From Atractiella rhizophila (Eukaryota): a stretch of DNA of 41,589 nt. Shown here one piece after another: positions 35,726-41,589 of this stretch. A program made the position numbers and the translations under genes. The notes under the pieces are model-generated. The model was given only the letters and a program-made list of their open reading frames with translations, was not told the DNA's origin and did no database searches. Positions within the stretch are counted from its first letter, which is position 1. Every line of letters starts with the position of its first letter. The stretch spans positions 1 through 41,589 of the forward strand of contig MU271399.1 in assembly GCA_021432655.1 (NCBI GenBank). The letters are read 5' to 3'.

Positions 35726-38700
35726 ATGTCTTCAATATCGCGCCTTGAGCGAGCAAGGAAGACCTACGAACGTATCTCAGCCACCAGGACATTCAGATAC
35801 TCAGCAGCAACCACAAAATTCGTTTTCCGACATAAAGTCTTCTTCTCCTCTCTTTTTCTCTCTGCTTACGGCTACAAGAAGTATGTAACGCGCTGCCTCA
35901 TGGCTTACGAGATTTAGTCATGTGTGGCACTCTAGGTACCAACAATGGAAGGACTTCGTTGCAAAGCGTGATGGTGAGCTCTCTTTGTGGTTGGGTAGTG
36001 GTCAGTGGATTGAGAACGTCTTTCTTTGCGTCGTTAGCAATTCCCGAGAGTAAGTGTGCATCTTAAAGCCACTTGCGAGTGCTCAAAAACGCCCATGTTA
36101 CTCAGGCGTCTTTCTGTGCGTGTTTTGAAGTCCGCATGACTGCCGCGATCTTACGCGTTCATGACAGACACTGGAAGATCTACCCAGGTGCTATCGTTGA
36201 AGCCAAAGCAGGCTCCGGTTTGTGCGTATCTATTCTTCAGAGATTGAATGTGCGAGCTCATGGAGGAGTAGTCTGAGCAAGTTAGTGTCGGACGATGGCA
36301 GCTCTGCTGAACTGCCGCATGTCATGACCACCTTCGAGGTGATCCGGACGCTCAAACGGATACAAACGGACGATAGAGTGGTAGCTACATTTCATAATTC
36401 TCTGCTGCAGCGTTAGCTTACAATAATATAGAAAGGTATATTTGCTGATTTCTCTGCTGAGACACCAGCTGGTCTGACGGTCGGAGGTGCAATTGGTTTG
36501 TCTTAATGCCTGTCTTGCACTTCTTTTGTTAAAGGTACTGTACAGGGCTTGCGCAAATCGAGGAAATACAGCGAGCCTTGCACGAGACAAAGCGGATAAA
36601 AGACGAGCGTTTTCAGGCAGCATGGGAGGCAGAACATGGACCCGTTTCTGACGAAGAGGCAATCACAAAACAGATTGAAGGCGCCGACGGACCGGAGCAA
36701 CTAGAGAAGATCGTGCAAGCTTTGGAGGCTATGGATGAGTCTGTTGGTGGTGACCAACAGTCGAAAGCCTTGAACGTGGCGGTACCTGGGAAAGAAGGCG
36801 AAGTGGAAATTCAGGTCCAGGTTGTGGAGGGTCCAGAAACATTCAGGACCATTGCTTATGCCGACGAGTTCCACTCGCAAGGACAATTTCTGCTCGCTTC
36901 AGGTTCGTCACTTGGTTTCTTTGCGTGCCGCCAGTATTAATACTCGTCAAAGCATTCGAAGAGGTTTTTATGCAGCCAACTGGTCACCTCCCTCTCACCG
37001 GAATCACAAGTCACATCCCCTTCTACTCAAGGCTGCTTGAATGGATTGGCATCAAATTTCACGCTGATGCCAGGAATGAATACAAGAGCATGGTCTCACC
37101 CTACATCACGGATACTCTTCCCGTGAGTAGAAACCGTTTAGAGCAAGTCCAATAGTAATGTCCCTTGATTTAGGAAAAGCAAAAGGATAATCAAATAGTA
37201 AGCACCGTTAGATTACTGTGCTTTTCATAGCTTGACAGCAAGATGGCAAGTAGGAACTTCTGACGGATATGCACAACATCCTGATATCACATATCGCTCG
37301 CAATCGGTTTCATGACCTAACTCGCGATAAACCCGAAGGCTCCAGTTTAGAGGTAGAGATGCGACGAGTCCGTACTTCCCTACGTTGAATATGTGATCAT
37401 GTTTTCAAAAAGTGCCTCAGATACACGAACTCGCGAAAATTGGACCAATCAGCGCTTCGAAAGCCCTAGAAGTTGGACTCATCTCGGGTACCGTGAGTGA
37501 CTGTCTTTCAGTTGGAACTATCTGACCTTCATTCAGGCATACAAGGTAATTGATGATAGCACAACCCAACCTTCTGCTTATAAAATTGTATTTCAAGGAC
37601 GACCTGCTCAGCGACTTGAAAGACATTGAAGATAACGAGGGACCGAAACGTTGGGGGTTTTACCACTACTCACAAGTACGTAAACAACCATGTTTATCCT
37701 CAGATGTTTATACTAGTTGAAAGGCGGTAGAACGAGCATTGTTCGGTCAGAAGGACAGCCCCAAGCAGTTCAACGTAGGAGTCGTCTACCTCCTGGGAGA
37801 GATCAGCTCAACCCCAGGCCCTTTCTCTACTTCGACGGTCCTTCGAGGGTTGCGGGAAGCAGCCGAGGACCCAGATATCGATGCCATTGTTCTGCGAGTC
37901 GACTCACCAGGGTAAGTTGTTTCGTTTGAAGCTGGATTCGGCTGAAGCATCGGTGTGGAAAGAGGTGGCGCTTTGGAGAGCGACAGTGAGTTTGCTTACT
38001 TCTTAGGCAGCTGTAACTCAATTTCACAACAGCTATCTGGGGAGCAATCCAAGACCTTCGTCAACGAAAAGGAAAGATTGTGGTCGCATCGATGGCAAAC
38101 ATGGCTGCATCTGGCGGATATATGGTTTCGGCACCAACAGATTACATTGTGGCAGCGTCAGTCATTCTCGCTTTGATAGTTCACTACTGAAGAAGTCTCC
38201 ACCATAGCCCTAGCACTATTACCGGCTCTATTGGTGTAGCTGCTTTGCGACCAATCGTCACTCAAGCCTTGTTGGATAAGATCAAGATATCCTTAGACCA
38301 TTTCACCATCGGCTCGAGAGACGATTCCATCTTCGTCGACCCAGACCCAGAAATGTTGAAACGATACGGGCAGCGCGCAGATGAGCTCTATGTCGATTTC
38401 AAGCGGAAGGTCTGTGAAGGACGATCGATAGACGAAAACTTGATCGAGTACATCGCTGGTGGGCGGGTCATGACGTGAGCCACTAGATTTTTATCAAGTT
38501 CGTTTCTGGTGCTTAGATTTTTCAGGGGACTACGCGTGTTTGAATTTGGTGCCAACAAGAACAACGTTGACTCCCTCCGCCAATTTTTCCCTGTTCTTCC
38601 CGTCAATGTCGAGGTCTCTCGCTCCGCACCACTGCCTTCGTCCTCATCATCTAAAAAGCCTGCGCTAGAGCTTGCAGAGACCAAGGAATCAAGCCGGACA

Positions 38701-39475
38701 GAGCCAGATGTTCTAGCTGAAGCGAGCAAAGTTGTTGAGCTCGATCCCGACCAGGAGACCTCTCCCTACGCGCCTCCGACTCCTTCCAACGACGAAATGA
38801 ATTCCGTCATCTCCTCCGCCGACGGTTCAGAAACATCAATCGTTTCTTCAATTCTCTCAACGGCGTCCACTTCAGCTTCGTCATCTACTTCTCTCGCCCC
38901 TTCCAATCCTTCCACTCCTCTCACGGAATCTGACTTCCCACTGGGAGCAGAAGTGATCCACCAGGCCATCGGGCGTGGTCTCATTGATGCTCTTGGTGGC
39001 ATTTCGGACTCCGCGTCCATCGCAGCCGAGATGGCAATCAATCGTGCCTTCCTAGCCAAGCAACAGGAAAATCCGGAAAAGAGTAACCAGGAAATATTGG
39101 AGGAAATCATTCCCGGAATTCAGGCAAGCGAGGAGGATGGAAAGATGAATGTTTCCATGGACGTGAATCTTAAGGTCTTTCCGCAGGAAAAAGGCTTCGT
39201 AAAGACTCTTTTGGTGCGTTGAATATCTCCCTTTAGTTGACGCCGCCTGTTGACTTGATTGCACTCAGGATGATATGAAGAGAGGTGATTCGCTGGAGGA
39301 GCCGCGAAATATGCTTGGCTATTTGAAGCTGAACGTCGCAAGATGGATGTATGAGTTTTCACGGACAATTTTGCTCGGGCACATTCAAGAAGCAACCTCA
39401 TCACAAGAGAGGGAACTAAGAGAGCGGTTAATCCGACCCAAGCTCATGTTGGAGCGGAGCCCACCGCGAGTTTGA
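35726..39475 (+). CDS. sppA: Peptidase family S49, two-domain SppA/protease IV-like serine protease
   Basis: Spliced motifs: IQTDDRVV|GIFAD, GLAQIEEIQRAL, IAYADEF..FLLAS, LLEWIGIKFHADARNEYKS (catalytic Lys region), AAEDPDIDAIVLRVDSPG|GGALESD|TIWGAI..KGKIVVASMANMAASGGYMVSAPTDYIVA..STITGSIGV (catalytic Ser), IAGGRVMT|G and GLIDALGG. Many short introns. Confidence 0.9.
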
Positions 39476-39751
39476 AATACAATCTGGAATATGTATCGCA
39501 CTCCATGGCACCATTCTTCTTAGTGTTATCCCTACTGCTACTGGGTTCGTTGGTACAAAATATTCTATTTCGAACCACCGAAAATGAGAGTACACCAGAG
39601 CCCTTCGCTGGGAAGACAAAGCTCAGGGACTATAACGATCGACAAAGGCTTCGAGCCTGGGAACTTGCCCGAGAATTGCCAAATAAACCAAATCGAGTAT
39701 ATCAAGGGTCTAAGGTGTCAAGATGGATCGATGGTAAGGAGCACTAGAGAT

Positions 39752-40695
39752 TTAGACGAAGCCGCCCCGGCCTTGCTTCTCGTCGATGAGACGGAAGCGG
39801 AGCTCTTCGTTTCGATCGTTGATGACGCACAGACTGCAGAGGAGGAGAGAGAGGACGACGGCGATGAAACCATATATCTAGCATTCATTCCCTTGGTCAA
39901 TCTGGAAGTCTGAGAGGAAGAGAAAAGGGCAACATACGGTTGTGAAGATGTTGTTGAGAGTGTAATCGGCAAAGTTGGTAATCGGAGTGACACAAGGGTT
40001 CGCCGTGACGTTTGCTACGTTAGCGCAGAAACCGGTGGCTACTGAAAAGGATCCTTGAGACGTTGCATTAAAGTAACCGCAGCACTTCAGCTATTCGTCC
40101 CATGCCAATTTGGTAAGTGCCTGCGGAATCCTCAGCCAAATAAAGAAACGCACAGTGTCCTGAAGGAAAGCCTGGGTAAGCTGATCCTGCTCGTTCCACA
40201 CGTTGTGGAACGCCTGGCGCTCACGTAACGTGAAAAACCTGCTCAGTTTTTAGCTAATATTAAGTAAACATCGAAAAGGACGCACCAGATCGCAGTCCCG
40301 ATGGCTAAAGTAGCGAAGGCAGCGAAGATGAGGGACCAGTTGAGAACGAACAAAAGCTTAGTGTTCGGCCGTCTGCCGTCGTCTCGCTTCGACACAATGA
40401 AAGCTGGGATAGAGAGGACCCAGCTGACAAGGTAAAATGCGCCAAGGACAACGCCAGCTTGAGACCTCTTAGCCTCCACTCCCTCCAATCAAACATCGAA
40501 AGGCTTACAGAGAAGGTCGGAATCACTGATAACCAGCCTCCTGAGAGTCATACTATTCAGACCCCCCTTTCCAGACATCCTGAAGTAGAAGCTGAGGATA
40601 ATAGACACCAGCCCAGCGGCGAGGAGGAGGACGTCGAGAATGAGGAAAGTCGAGTTGAGCCTCGCAGTTCTAGTGGATAGGAAAGACACGGCCAT
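39752..40695 (-). CDS. PLS1: Tetraspanin, Pls1 family
   Basis: Four TM segments; AIW|FFTLRER..FLQDT|LKCCGYFNAT..FC..PCVTPITNFADYTLNNIFTT|IYGFIAVV..LCVINDRNEELRFRLIDEKQGRGGFV*. The CCGY motif and C-terminal RF..IDEK.G..GFV are typical of Pls1. Probable 5'UTR intron at 40861-40804. Confidence 0.92.
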
Positions 40696-41134
40696 CTTGA
40701 ATCGAAACAGAAGAGATAAAGAGTGAAGGGGATGCTCAGCAAGCTGAATTACGATGTGAGTTGTTGGATAGGAAAATGACGATTATCGACCGGCGACAGA
40801 GACCTGCAAAGGAACAAGGCGTACTCAGACTTGACCGGGATGCTGAAACGAGAAGACATACCACTTCGAGTGACTCTCCTGTTCTTAGACGAGACGCTTC
40901 AAAGGGACGAAGAGGAAGTGAAGGATCGTGCTCGTCGTAAGGACTCTGCGAAGCCGTCGCAAGGCCGTTGCTTTGTGGCTGAGGCGGAGCGCAGTTCCCG
41001 GCAATCTTCCGTTGCACGTGCCTACTTGTTATTGTTTCTGTTGCAAACTTCCTCAATCCTGCCTACTCCTCACTTGCCGAATGGGTCGGATAGGTTAAGG
41101 TGCGAAATGTATACGATAAATTATGAGACAACTA

Positions 41135-41589
41135 TCAATCAAGCTCGATAACAGCAACCCCGGCGGGAGGAAGAGCAGAAGCCTTTCCATTTCCCAACTT
41201 CCTCTTTTTCGAACTAATCTCCCCCTCATCCCCCTCATCCAACTTCCTTTTCTTCTCTCCACCAATCTTCACCTCGGTGACAACATCTCCGTCTGACATG
41301 TCTGCTGAGTCTTCCTTTATGGGAGCGGGTTTGCGAGCGAGAGGAGGGATGGAACTTTCTATTACGATAGGATCTGTGGCACTGTCCGACCTGTGATAAA
41401 GTATAAGTCACACCTACAACAGAAGAAGAGAAAACTTTACTTTTGAATTATAAATACAAGCGGCATGCAGCCAACGTCCTCTTCATCGTTGATGGTAATC
41501 ATCCCACCCTCCTGTACGTCTAGTTCCGTCAGGGTCTTCTCCAGAAAGTCATCGAAATCTGGGTCGTAAACAAGGTTCGTCCCAATGGT
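41135..41589 (-). CDS. UBA2: SUMO-activating enzyme E1 subunit Uba2/SAE2, 3' end (gene continues beyond window)
   Basis: LVYDPDFDDFLEKTLTELDVQEGGMITINDEED (Uba2 ubiquitin-fold domain), one intron, bipartite NLS (KKRKLD..SKKRKL) and C-terminal SIM-like VAVIELD*. Confidence 0.8.

Noticed and set aside
40736..41056. 106-aa minus-strand ORF upstream of PLS1 considered as an N-terminal extension or separate gene
   Set aside because: No ATG start, and splicing of intron 40861-40804 leads to a stop after six codons; best read as a 5'UTR intron.
1..41589. tRNA, rRNA genes, CRISPR arrays, intact transposons/LTRs, prokaryotic operons
   Set aside because: No cloverleaf, repeat-spacer array, terminal repeats or transposase/RT motifs were seen by eye; the SppA gene is intron-rich and therefore not bacterial contamination.

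Overview
Gene-dense, intron-rich eukaryotic DNA from a fungus, almost certainly a basidiomycete. The evidence is ~45-60 nt GT-AG introns with GTGCGT/GTTCGT/GTCAGT donors, a Pls1-type tetraspanin and a CPL1/PriA-like gene; a Pucciniomycotina origin is only a guess. About 20 spliced genes can be reconstructed by hand: an ING PHD protein, a broken UXS1 (UDP-glucuronate decarboxylase) copy, a degenerate CPL1/PriA-like Cys-rich gene, frataxin, two tandem Sso-type syntaxins, three intron-poor F-box/LRR genes, KIN17/RTS2, RAX1, mitochondrial S12, a PAP2 phosphatase, POL2, ERV29/SURF4, a PPR-like protein, a two-domain SppA/protease IV (S49) peptidase, PLS1 and the 3' end of UBA2. Four things stand out. 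(1) An unannotated C/D-box snoRNA sits in an unusually long, structured intron of the second syntaxin and is predicted to guide 18S Gm562. (2) The first syntaxin has Asp instead of Gln at the SNARE zero layer. (3) A bacterial/plastid-type SppA with micro-exons and an organellar-looking N-terminus lies head-to-head with a PPR-like gene. (4) The UXS1 copy lacks its catalytic core and has an AT-AA intron. No tRNA, rRNA gene, CRISPR array or intact transposon was recognised. Exon boundaries are manual, and family calls rest on remembered motifs, not database searches.
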